64,000 nt of DNA from Paragordius varius (taxonomy: Eukaryota > Animalia > Nematomorpha), in the NCBI GenBank assembly GCA_964247055.1, contig OZ176055.1, positions 5,208,001 to 5,272,000 on the forward strand, in the 5' to 3' direction. Positions within the stretch are counted from its first letter, which is position 1. Each line of letters opens with the position of its first letter. Made by a program: the position numbers and the translations under genes. This document shows positions 37,751 through 56,930 of the stretch, one piece after another. The notes beneath the pieces are model-generated. The model searched no databases. It was not told the origin of the DNA and worked only from the letters and a program-made list of their open reading frames with translations.

Positions 37751-40211
37751 CCAAGGATTTAAATATTTTTTTATATATATAATGTATTTGTGTTAAAAAT
37801 AATCAAATACTACAATAAATTTTTGGTTGTACACCCCACCTCATAACCCCCCCCCATTTCTCAGATTTGTCCCGCTTTTTCCTTCAAAAAATCTGGTCAC
37901 CTTAACTTTGCAGCTTGTTTTGTAGATTCACAAAGTATTACATTTTTACATATAAGATCAAATAGGACAAGGACATCATATATGCAACAAGGTTGTAAAT
38001 AACTAAATGTTAAATATTCCGTAAAATATCTAATATATTCGATAAATTCTACCAAATGCATGAGTCTTTGAATTGGAAAATTTTTTTGTGCTCAAAATGT
38101 TGCACAGTATTCGCTGAAATTTTGTTATAACGTTTTGATTAAAATAAGAGCCACACCTAATAAATTAATAAACTTCAACGGAGATAGTATATTATATGAA
38201 TATTAAATTTTTCTATGGCTTTATCATATAAATCTTAATTTTAATGCATATAAAAATTCATCATTTTAAAATGCATCAATTTACAATGATAACATATGTT
38301 CTCATATCGTCCTTGAATTGCATTCATTCGCATACTTTTGGAGCAACCGCAAAAATTTCCCAATTAGTTTTGATTATTTTAAATTTAGATATATTCCCAT
38401 GAAAATTAGGTGTACATTAACCATAATTTGGTCAAAACCGCTAATGTTAAGCATTTCGGATAAATATAATTATTCCTGTAGTCAAGACAATATATGTTTA
38501 TAAAATCAAATTGGAATACTTTCATTAATATCGATTTCAGTATTCTTTGAAACGCCATCCGGTAACTTATTTGCTTTTAATAATAAAGTTAATTTATTTA
38601 TTTTGTTGAACAATTATATCGATGGTTAAATTTGAAAGTCGATTCTCTACATTTTTATATAACAAAACCAGGCACTTTATTTGATTTTTCCCAACTAAAT
38701 TTTTTAGAATTAAGAAAATACGATCATTTGGGTAATCACAATTTATTTTAAAAATTTGATCCACTAAAAGTTGCTATTATGTGCTTACATCGTTTCGCTT
38801 TAAAAATGGCATTTTTAGATAACAGTATCACATCAAATGTAAAAAATTGTTTCAATTTCCTTAGATCTAAGAATTTTATATTAACAGAAGCCTTATTGGA
38901 CTTGAATATTTTGGGGTGTAATATATATTATGTTAATTTATATTAATAATTCTTAAAATAGCAATTCGAGTCTATAAAAATATTTTTTCATTGAATTGGG
39001 AAAAATTATTTTCAATATATATATATATATTGAAGGTATTGTGAAAAAATATATTTTATGGAAGGCAAATTACCTAAAATATGCTATTTCTTAGATCAAC
39101 CGCAAATTTTGTTAGCACGATATATTTGGGCATTATTATATTTAGTAATTTCACCAGTAAAATTTATATAATTTTACGGATATCTCATTTTATCTGGTTC
39201 AATTTCGTGCCATTGTGCAGATTTGATTCTTGTTATTATAAGTCTTTGAACTCTAATTATTTAATATTTGAAAATTATTTGACACATAGCCACAAATATG
39301 GAGAAAGCGCATTTTCTCCTTTAATATTTATTAGGACCATGGATGCCAGAATATTTCTTATTTTGGTGGAACTAAAATAACTTTTTTGGGATTCATCCGC
39401 GCATTTATCATTTTGATTTTCATCTATCGGATTTGCAAACCGATTGTATTATAAGGATATTTTATTAAATACAAGAGTCCATCATCCATTCAAATGATAG
39501 CCCGAGTATAGGAATTGAAATTTTTTTATTTAAAAAATTTACCTTGTTAGCATAATATACTATTTGGCAACAAAGGTTCCCATCACCAGATAAATCACAT
39601 AAGTATTTTTAAAAAGAAAACCTTTTTATCCAAATTTTTTTACCAAATTTAATATCATACGGACTAACAGTTTGATAAAAATTATTTATAAGTTTTTTAT
39701 AACATACTTATTTTTTTTGGATCACAATCTTTTAATTGTAAATATTGATTTTATAAATATGAATAACTCTTTTTATCATATATAAGTTCATCCAAAATAT
39801 GCCATACATTCTATATTAAGGGGAAAAACCCCTTAATTTTTAATACCAATTTTATCAAACAATGGTATATTTTACCTATTGTTATATAATTTTTTCAATA
39901 AGCCTCAGGTCAATATTATTAAACTTTTATATTTATAAAAATTAGGCGTTTAAATTTAAGCCTTTTGCCGATTCATAAAAATAAATCGCTTCTTTTAAAA
40001 ATCCACCCAGGAATGGCATAACGTTTGTTACCCTCAATAACTTTGTTGAAGTCTAAATATGTTTTTACTTACGATAGACATTTAGAAAATATTTGAGATT
40101 TGCGGCATTTTTATTTCATTTGTTTTTCATTCTAGAATGGTGATAATTTATTTTTTTCCGAATAAATAGAACTGGATTGCCATATATTAGGACCTATCAT
40201 ATAATTTTCCA

Positions 40212-47918
<7,707 letters not shown>

Positions 47919-48416
47919 TTTGGAGTTGATTGATTAATTATTTATATACTTTTTTATTTAAATGTAAAATTGTTTTTGTTTCTTCCATTAAATATAAAAT
48001 TGGCATTTGTAACTATTAAATTGAAATTTTGAACCGTAAATCATAAATTTTATATTTATCAATCATACGAAAATATAATTATGTTGATACTTATTATCTG
48101 TTGTTTACACACTCTAAATTAATAACAAAAGCATAAGAAATTGTATATATTGTATATATGTAAGTATTATAATAAATTGTAAGCTTCTCTATCAATTACA
48201 AATCCAATGACAAGACAAACTAAAATCGCATATCATAGATTATATAAAATAGACACTTTGTCCTCAAATAATCTAGAATGGTAAAAAACAAATATTCATA
48301 ATTTAAAAAATATCGGGTGTAAAATTATTGCAACTTTTTATGTATAACTATTATTAAAATAATTTATTAAATATTTGCATTTTTTGTATAGTGTCAGGAT
48401 TGTATCAATATGTTTA

Positions 48417-49374
48417 CCATTTCCCAGTCAATCGAAACATTTCAGTCAATTAAATATTTTCCCAATCAATAGAAACGGTTTCATTCTAATAAATACCAAA
48501 ACAAGATCTAAAAATAATTTTTTATAATTATCATTTTATCAATGGGATATTATTTTTTATAAAAACATTATTGAATGACAATTTTATATACCTGCCAAAA
48601 CATTAAAATTATTATTTAAGAGTTAGTTATATTTTATTAACTGAATATTTTATGGTTTGAATATTTTTTAGGAAAATATATAATAATTTTTTTATTCTAT
48701 CGATGGTTGGCATTAATATACGGGGCTCTACAAAATCTATGTATAGGATGAAATTATAAAATTTAAAAAAATACACAATTTTCCTCTCAAATTACTAAAC
48801 TTCATATTGGATCTTTGAACATTTGCAACTTTACCCCAATTAACAATTTATTTAACTTTTAGTCAACTTTTTTTTATTAAATATTTTTAAATCAACAACT
48901 TTTTTCATCTAAAAAATATTTTTTGTTTAGAATTTTTATCAATAAACTTGACATGTTTAAAATCTTATTTGAAGTGTTAAATGATCAATTTGAGATAAAA
49001 ATGGTATATTTATTTAAATTTTATTATTTCATCGGAAACTATAGATTTTATAGGTTAGCCCTGAGTAATGAATCAACGATAAAATTTAAAATTTATTAAA
49101 TATTTTCTTAAAAATATCTCAAAAACTAAAATACAACTTGTAAAGAATAAGACATTAAATATTGACATATATAGAAAAAATTGTCATCAATAATTGTGTT
49201 ACTATAAAAAATAATATCCCATTGATAAGCTTATAGTGGTAAAAAAGTTATTTTTATATCTTGTTTTGATATTTATTATCAAAAAGGAAACCGTTTTTAT
49301 TGATTGGAATAATGTTTTTATTGACTGAGAAAATGTTTCGATTGATTGGGAAATTGTTTCGATTGACTGGGAAA
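48417..49374. mobile_element. CCATTT-ended TIR element (family D3), right end interrupted by a Helitron
   Basis: Left end CCATTTCCCAGTCAATCGAAAC with tandem units. The inverted copy GTTTCGATTGACTGGGAAA directly abuts the Helitron 5' TC. Confidence 0.6.
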
Positions 49375-49962
49375 TCTATATATTTATAAAAATGGAAAGT
49401 GGTGGCTTTGTGATCTGTTTCAGGAAAACCGGTTGACCCATTCAAATCCATACATCGAAAAAAATATATTAATGAATGCTCCGACAATAGCTTCGCCCTT
49501 TTTTTAAATAGGCCCCCAGTTCGTGCCCACCCCGTGCAAAAAACGTTTTTTTTGAAAACAGAAGCCCACAAAAATCGTGTCTTTGAGACAATTTTCCGGA
49601 GAACGTGTTGGACCATTCAATTTCAAATATGATTTTTGTTTACTTATTTTCGATTGCACCGAACATAGTCGTCTCGCTTTTTTAATTTAGGCCCTCTTTT
49701 ACCCACTCCCCCCGTAATATGCCATTTTTTTTCAAAAAAACAAAATCTACAAAAATAATTTTTTGAATCTATTTTCCCCCCAAGTAAACAATATATTAGC
49801 ATGAATGCACCGTTTTAAATTTCCTATGAGATCATAGCTATTTAATGTTTCGAAATAATCCACATATGGGGATCATTTTATTGTCTCTTTTTTCAAATAG
49901 CCACCCCCCCAGAAGTCCAAAGGGCTTCCTCGGGCTGCGTAGCAGCACGAGATTTACGCTAG
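49375..49962 (+). mobile_element. Non-autonomous Helitron
   Basis: A|TCTATATATTTATAAAAATGG … GCTGCGTAGCAGC hairpin, ACGAGATTTACG, CTAG|T. Reverse-complement match to 34884-35956. Followed by (TA)n. Confidence 0.85.
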
Positions 49963-50282
49963 TATATATATATATATATATATATATAGATTAATATTTG
50001 TATTTAACGATTCTTAACACTTTTAATTTAATGAAAGCAATCTATTTGATTTGTATGAATTTAATTTATTTACGTTTTGGGAGAAGGCAATTTTAAAGAG
50101 CTTAACTTGAAACAATTGGATTTCTAGCGCTTAGAGAAAATCCAATAAAAGCCAAACAGCCCATTATCAATATTATAACTTAAATAAGTTTAATAGATAT
50201 TTATATCATTTGAGCGATCTACGATTTTTTTCAGTTAATTGTTATGACTTTTGGATTAAAATGACGCAGTAAGACTTACTTA

Positions 50283-51193
50283 TTGGGTGGAGTGATAAAA
50301 AAGTCGCACTTAACTTGTAAGTCAAGCGTGGCAAGTTGAGCAAGTTTTAAGCCAGCAACTGTACGCTTGAAAATCGGTGAATTCGAATTTTACGGAAATT
50401 ATTTTGATCATTTTCATCCAAAATTTATGAAATAAGGCATAAAAGATAAAAAATTAATACAATATGCATTTGTTGAAGTTTTTCAAACTCACTGGCACAT
50501 ATCTTATTTATTATATATTTTTCTAAATATTGAGCCCGGTAATAATTTTTAAGTTGATGAAATCATTCGTTACACTCTCTATTATTTTACACTACACATT
50601 TTGTTAGGAGTCCATTTACAATTATAATGGGAAGATGTTTATACAAATAACAATATTTTTAATTGATTATCTACATTACATTTGTAATAAATTTAGGATG
50701 AAATAAATTCTTTACATAATTAATAGTGAAGTAACCTTTAGCGTTCATCAAACGAAAATTTGAAATTTTACAATATTAATATTTAATTATTAATTTTAAG
50801 AAATTTTCGAAATTTTTTGCGGGTTCACGGAATCGATATATTTAGCATATTATGTTGTTCTTAAATATTAACAGAGTTTTTCTAAAAATTTATCATTTCT
50901 TGCATCCCCCCAATTTGAATCGGTTAATAAGCCAAGATTTATTAAATAAACGATTTATATCATTAACAAAGGTTTTAATTACATATAAAGCCTAAAGCAT
51001 ATACATTAATAGTTTCCAAAATAATTTTATCCATATTTTAAATCTGTCAATTGTGCCCTACACCACACTTGAAAAATCTATAAGTTTTACTTTATCTTCC
51101 TTGCTTGACTAAAGTCGTCTAATTTTAAATTTTTTATCACATGAAAGCAAGCCATGACTTGAAAAATTTAAGTCAAATTTTTCATCGCCCCAT
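50283..51193. mobile_element. TA-flanked TIR element (family E), second copy
   Basis: TA|TTGGGTGGAGTGATAAAAAAGTCGCAC… collinear with 16892-17854; the right end is degenerate. Confidence 0.78.
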
Positions 51194-51304
51194 TTATTGA
51201 TTGATACGGATATATAGTAAAAAATAAGTATAGAATATGATTAATATTTACATTGTAGTATTTTATTATATAAGATATTTGAATTGTGAAGTTATCAACA
51301 TACT

Positions 51305-52055
51305 AGAGCGCACATCGGAGGTCGTACTTTTTGCAATTTCGACGATACGGTTTTCTTAAAATCACATCCGGACATGATTTCTCTCTTAAATAGACTTACC
51401 CTCGAAGCAAGTTTGATGGGTCTGAAGCTTAACTCATCGATATCTAAAATAATGTTCCTCAACGTCTCCCAATTACCAATATTATTTTTTCTATCGGCTT
51501 GATCAATTACTGCAAGTATTTAGGTTCAATAATTCCATCTGACGCAGTTCAGATCCCGACATGCGAGCATGGATTAGGGCACGTTACCATTGGCAAGCTG
51601 TTACATTGTAACTCTTCGATCATAATAGTTTCAACCAAATTAGCCAGCCTTAAGTTGATGGTTTACCCTGTTGATATTTTCAAGTATGAATCATGGGTAA
51701 TCCGCCAACAAAGCCCGCATTAGCTCATTTTAAATGTAGTGCTTCCGGAAAATTTTGGTTATTTTCTGGAAAGCCCATATCTCTAATTTCTACTTACTTA
51801 ACTTCATCAAACCAAATTTTCGCCTATACGATCTCTTTGGCAATTAAAATATCTAGGCCACATTCTCCGATCTTCCCTGAAATAAACATTCTCCTTGGTT
51901 GGGTCGTGGTACTCGCAAAAGAGGCGGTCCCAAAAAGTGGTGGCTTGTTATCCTTAAGTCAGTTAAAAACCTTCCTTTCTCAAATAATTGTAAGGTCTCA
52001 ACATCGTCTAGATTGGAAAACGCTTATAAACACTGCGTTAGAAACTGGGGGATAT
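51305..52055 (+). mobile_element. RTE-clade non-LTR retrotransposon remnant (RT C-terminal part)
   Basis: Frameshifted translation: IGGRTFCNFDDTVFL (cf. IGGRxINNLRFADD), EASLMGLKLN, KYLGSII, STKLASLKLMVYPVDIFKYESWVI (cf. TKLRLLKSLVFPVxLYGCESW), W-GHVV-like. Confidence 0.75.
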
Positions 52056-52184
52056 TAAAAAATAACTATGAAATATATATATTCTGATAGGAAAATGTAT
52101 CAGAATTATCACAATGCTTTTGGGTTTGGCCCTTACGAGGGATGGACATAATTATTAAAACTTTTTAGATAACTGCTCCATATC

Positions 52185-53110
52185 ATAAAATGGCAAAATT
52201 TGCGCACAATTATTAAATAATTTTTTAGTGTAAACGATCATTCCAAAAAATATTACTAAAATATAGTATAAACTACCTATAAATGCAAAACAATATTTTT
52301 AAAATATTTTAAATTTTTGATGTGGGCTCCGAAAGTCCCAAATTTTTTTGCTCGTCTTAAATGGTCTAGTTTTTTTACAATAAGCGCAAAAATGGCATGA
52401 TTGCGTGATAAAATATTTAAGTATATGCTAAATTTGATACAAAAAATGCAAAAAAATGTATATTTTGTAGAAAAATTTATTTTTAAAAATTTTGTTGAAG
52501 TGTACTTCATCCTATATAGAGGCTTGATGGAAACGGTATAAAACGCTTTTAGGTAGTATAAAAACACTTTCTATATAATATAATGCTTAACATTACTATC
52601 ACCTCAAAATTTTCATTAAAATATTGGCTCGCCCTTAAATTTATGTCAAATATAAATTATGTCTATTTATAAAAATTCCCCAATATTTGAAAGTAATCGA
52701 TTCTAAATTTCTGAAATGATAGAAAAATTCTGCATCATTAAATTATTTATAAAAAGTATTATTATATCTAAAAGCGTTTTTATACCGTTATCATTATGCC
52801 TAAAATAAACTACCTGTAAAAAGAAAAATATTTTTTTATATTTTAATTTTTGATGTGGGCTCCGAGCAAATTTTTTCGCTCTTCTAAAAGGGGCTAGTTT
52901 TTTTAATATAAACTCAAAAATACCCGGATTTCCCCCCGCTTGATAATTTCACTAAAAATAAATTTTTTGTAAGTATGTAATTTAATTTTTTAAAAATATT
53001 TTTTTGATGTCAAAATTCAGCATATATTTGATAATTTTATCGGTTTAATGATGTTGAGAATGAGGCATTTAGCTATTATCAAAAAAATTTTATTCCAAAA
53101 AATAGGCTAC
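52185..53110. repeat. Degenerate foldback family F copy
   Basis: Matches 16565-16890 and 18130-18780 (tgatgtgggctccgaaagt; ttttgatgtcaaaatt) and is internally repeated. Confidence 0.55.
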
Positions 53111-53194
53111 TAAAAATAAATAACTTTTTTATTTCACTCGTAAGGGATATATATTTCAAGGGAGCTAAGAGTCGCTACGCGACTAGGTTTTAAC

Positions 53195-53400
53195 ACACAC
53201 ACGGCATCGAACCGAAACCACCCGGTTCTGAGATACACAAGATCCGAATTTGATAATTGGACATACCTGGTTTTGGTCTTCTTCAAGAGCTATCCTTGTC
53301 CAGATAATAAACATTGGCCTCCTGGCGTATTTATCGAATTTTTGAGACCCGGGGTTCTGGTTCCAAGCAATGTAGCTCCCAAACATTTTTCTCATTAAAA
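53195..53400 (-). mobile_element. Possible 3' end of an RTE-like LINE with a (TG)n tail
   Basis: Minus frame AWNQNPGSQK…RRPMFIIWTRIALEED resembles the RTE C-terminal WNPxGxRxRGRPxxTWxxxIEED and is followed by GTGTGTGT. Confidence 0.4.
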
Positions 53401-53623
53401 TATTGCAAAGAATATGTCAATTATACTGTATACAAAAATAGGAGTCATAATGGATGATATCTAGGGTTTTAACCTATTAGACTATAAAATTTCTTCTATT
53501 TTTATTTTCAGTAAAGGTTATTTGGTTCAAAAAACTTATCTCAATATTATATTTAGCCAATATCCTTGACACATAATCTATAATTTTTTGGAATAAGCCA
53601 AATATTTTAAACTTAATTTTTAA

Positions 53624-54179
53624 CACTTCGATTCAAATTGGGGTATCTAAATACTCCAGACTAAATTTGAATTAATATTTTTAAAAAACTACTGAAGGAA
53701 ACGGTCCCAATTTAAATTTATGCTTCTATCCTGATAAATATTATATAAATATGCCTGAATATCTTGATAAAATTTTGTTTTGTAAAAAAAAGCTCCATCT
53801 CAAACGACTTCGACGCCATTTTTAAAATATTGTCTTTATTTAATTTTAAGGGTAAAACTAATGCTAATTTATATAAATTACATCTAACATTGATATAAAT
53901 AGAAAAAGCGGTTTAGTTTGTATTTTTCAATTTTACATTTTGACCCATGCCACGTTGACGAAATTTTTACCTTTCGGTTTTAGCTTAAAATAAGTAATAT
54001 CAAGTATTTTTGAATAAAATTTTTTATATATTTCGGTTTATTAATGTATATAAGTGCAAAATTTTGCCATGGTTTCGATTCCTTCCATACTTTTAAAGTA
54101 TTTGATTTAAACAAGCCTGGGGTATCCAACTACTCCAATTTAAATCGAAGGAATAAAATGAGTGTGTTGTATCCAAGTG
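53624..54179. mobile_element. piggyBac-like MITE, complete copy
   Basis: TTAA|CACTTCGAT … ATCCAAGTG|TTAA (8/9 TIR match), plus a subterminal inverted repeat ttcgattcaaattgg / ccaatttaaatcgaa. Confidence 0.85.
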
Positions 54180-54646
54180 TTAACTTGATATAACAATGTG
54201 AAGACAAAAAAATCTATATATTTATAATATTTTGATAAATTATATAGATGGAAAAGCGTACGACTTTTTCATATAGAGCAATTACCACAAAAGGTTAAGG
54301 TTTAACCCAACTATTAATCAAAAATATAAGTTATCGGAAAATTACTTTGTGTTACTTCAATAAAAAACAATAATTTTAAACATATTTTTTTGTATGTAAA
54401 ATTCCCAAGTTTTTTATCCTCAAAAGATAAATTACAGATACTTATAAAAATTTTATATTATTTTTTTAGTATTTCAAAATCCTATAATTTAACTTTTGTT
54501 TTTGATTTATGATATCACAATTTTTTAAATTTAATTTACAAATGAATTCAAAATATCCGCGCGTAATTCCTAAAACCGGCTGATCTATAATTCAAAATAT
54601 GGTATGTTTTTTTGTTATAATTCGTAAAAATTTTTAAAATTAAAAT

Positions 54647-55885
54647 ATGGATGTTGAGCATAAAAATATTATTCAATCCAACACAATAAATATAATAAAT
54701 AATGTTGATCTTGGACCTTTGATATCCGTGCTGAATGCTTCCAAAATATTATGTCCATTTATGGTTGAACGCATTATGTTACCCACCCTCCCGCCATTCC
54801 TTCAGAAGCTACGGTTTATATTTGAAATACAAAAGCGGGGTCCTACAGCATTTCAGGCGTTTGTGGATGCTCTTATTGCAACTAAGCAATATAAACTTGC
54901 GTATGATTTAGGACAGAATTTAACTGCCCCTAGACAAAACAATCATAGTGAAATAGTTCCTCTGCAGAACGGAATAAATAAGATATCAATAAACTATAAA
55001 TTTCCAATGATTGAGGAGGATCACAATATTATAATGGACATAGATATAAAAACATCTTTAATCAATCCAGATCATGATTATTACTTTATGGAAGAATCTA
55101 GGAAAGGTTTAGCCCTAATAATAAACAATGAAACATTTGAACCCAATTCAAAATTAATACAACGTAAAGGTACCTCATATGATTGCACTAATTTACAAAA
55201 TCTTTATGTTAAACTTGGATATAAAGTATTTGTCAAATGTAACCTAACTAAAGCCGAAATGAAAGATGTTTTATTTGAATTTTCTAATCGCAAAGACCAC
55301 GGTTCTTCTTGCCTTATTAACATTCTTAGTCATGGGAAGCAAGATAAGATATACGGGGTAGATGGACAATTACTATCTCTAGAATATATTGCTGCCATGT
55401 TTGATGGAAAAGTGTGCCCAATGCTTCTGGGACGTCCAAAAATATTTATACTTCAAGCCTGTCGAGGCGATGAGCGGGATAAAGGGTTTTTCCATCAAAT
55501 TCATGGGCATAACAATATTAATTGTAAAGATTCGCTAGATGCAACAGATTCTAAAAAATGTTTTCTCCCCGATTCGGAGGCTGGTGACCAAAAGGGGATT
55601 ATTGACATTATCAAATACCCAACTGGAATGGATATGTTGTTTGCTTATGCTACGCTACCGGGCTTTGTTTCATGGAGGAACGAAATGTTGGGAACTTGGT
55701 TCATACGCACATATGTGCGTTGTGTAGCCGAATACGGACACGTGTATGACATCCTCGGTCTCCTCACAAGGGTCAACGCTGTCATTGGACATTCGTATGA
55801 ATCGCGATCCGGTCACAAAATGTTGTGCGAATTCACTTCAAGACTCTCCAAAAAATTTTATTATCATGCGCCCATGTCTGATTAA
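54647..55885 (+). CDS. CARD-containing initiator caspase (caspase-2/9-like), single exon
   Basis: 412-aa ORF with a CARD-like N-terminus (KRGPTAFQAFVDALIATKQ, cf. CASP2 KRGPQAFDAFCEALRETKQ), GLALIINN, R-G---D, catalytic ILSHG and QACRG, and p10 motifs DMLFAYAT…VSWRN…GTWFI and LSKKFY. Confidence 0.93.
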   Translation: MDVEHKNIIQSNTINIINNVDLGPLISVLNASKILCPFMVERIMLPTLPPFLQKLRFIFEIQKRGPTAFQAFVDALIATKQYKLAYDLGQNLTAPRQNNHSEIVPLQNGINKISINYKFPMIEEDHNIIMDIDIKTSLINPDHDYYFMEESRKGLALIINNETFEPNSKLIQRKGTSYDCTNLQNLYVKLGYKVFVKCNLTKAEMKDVLFEFSNRKDHGSSCLINILSHGKQDKIYGVDGQLLSLEYIAAMFDGKVCPMLLGRPKIFILQACRGDERDKGFFHQIHGHNNINCKDSLDATDSKKCFLPDSEAGDQKGIIDIIKYPTGMDMLFAYATLPGFVSWRNEMLGTWFIRTYVRCVAEYGHVYDILGLLTRVNAVIGHSYESRSGHKMLCEFTSRLSKKFYYHAPMSD

Positions 55886-56586
55886 TTATCAATAGGCTCT
55901 CTTCTCTCACCTAATTTTTATATCTCTTTGTTGCATGCATTTATACCATGTTAAGTGACGATATTATAATTTTTAGATAGTCAAATAATCTTGTTATACT
56001 CATCGAATGATGTGAAATGCTATTTTAAGTTTAATCTAATATTAATTGTCATTGATTATTTAATTTCAGAATGTTTATTGAAATAAAATTTGTTTACCCA
56101 AATTAAATTTATGTGTTTAACACATCACATAATGGAATCCTGCCAATTTTTATTGCTCAAAAATTTGATTCAATCGAATCTCAAAAAATTCAAATCATTT
56201 TTTTATACTATTTGTAATATAAATAATTTCTTTTAGATACAATAAATTTAGTCTATGAAATTTTATTTTGTAAATGAAATTCACCTTCTATTGATAGCCC
56301 CCATAGGCTGGTATAATATTTTTATCGATTATTTGAAAAACCGCCTAGCACAGAGAGTACATGCATTATTTTGTATGTTATACTTTATAGTATGATTTGT
56401 AGTTGTCTGATAGTTTATCTCAGCGTATAATTTTAGGTGTTTGGATGTTGAATATTTTAATTGATAATTGTCTAATTCAATAATAAATGTATTATAGATT
56501 TTCAATATATATTTCCCTTTTTTGCCTTTGTATATTATTATTGTAATTTTCAATCCTTCATAAATATTACATCTTTAAATTATATA

Positions 56587-56891
56587 CCATTTACAATTCA
56601 ATTTCACCCTCGAACAATTCAAATACACCCCTGAACAATTCAAATTTACCCTAAAAATAAATTATGTTTTTCGGGATAATATAACTCATCATTAATATGA
56701 AATATATTTTCACGACATAGTTTAATATTTTTTCAGCATTAGATTAATTTTAAACAGAATTTCATATTTTGAAAATATTATAAAATAATGGTAATTTTTA
56801 ATCATAAAATCACATATTTTATTTTAGGGTAAGTTTGAATTGTTTGAGGGTGAATTTGAATTGTTCAAGGGTGACTTTGAACTGTAAATGG
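56587..56891. mobile_element. CCATTT-ended MITE (family D2)
   Basis: TATA|CCATTTACA … TGTAAATGG|TATA with 21-bp subterminal units (GAACAATTCAAATACACCCCT) and their inverses. Confidence 0.82.
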
Positions 56892-56930
56892 TATATATTA
56901 AAATAAATAATAATATACCTTTCTCAATAG

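Larger units (their letters stand above)
34496..37904 (+). mobile_element. hAT transposon with Blackjack-like ends and a decayed transposase
   Basis: TIRs TAAGGTGACCAGA / TCTGGTCACCTTA, exact 8-bp TSD ACTTTGCA (34488-34495, 37905-37912), and subterminal GTCCCGC repeats. Confidence 0.92.
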
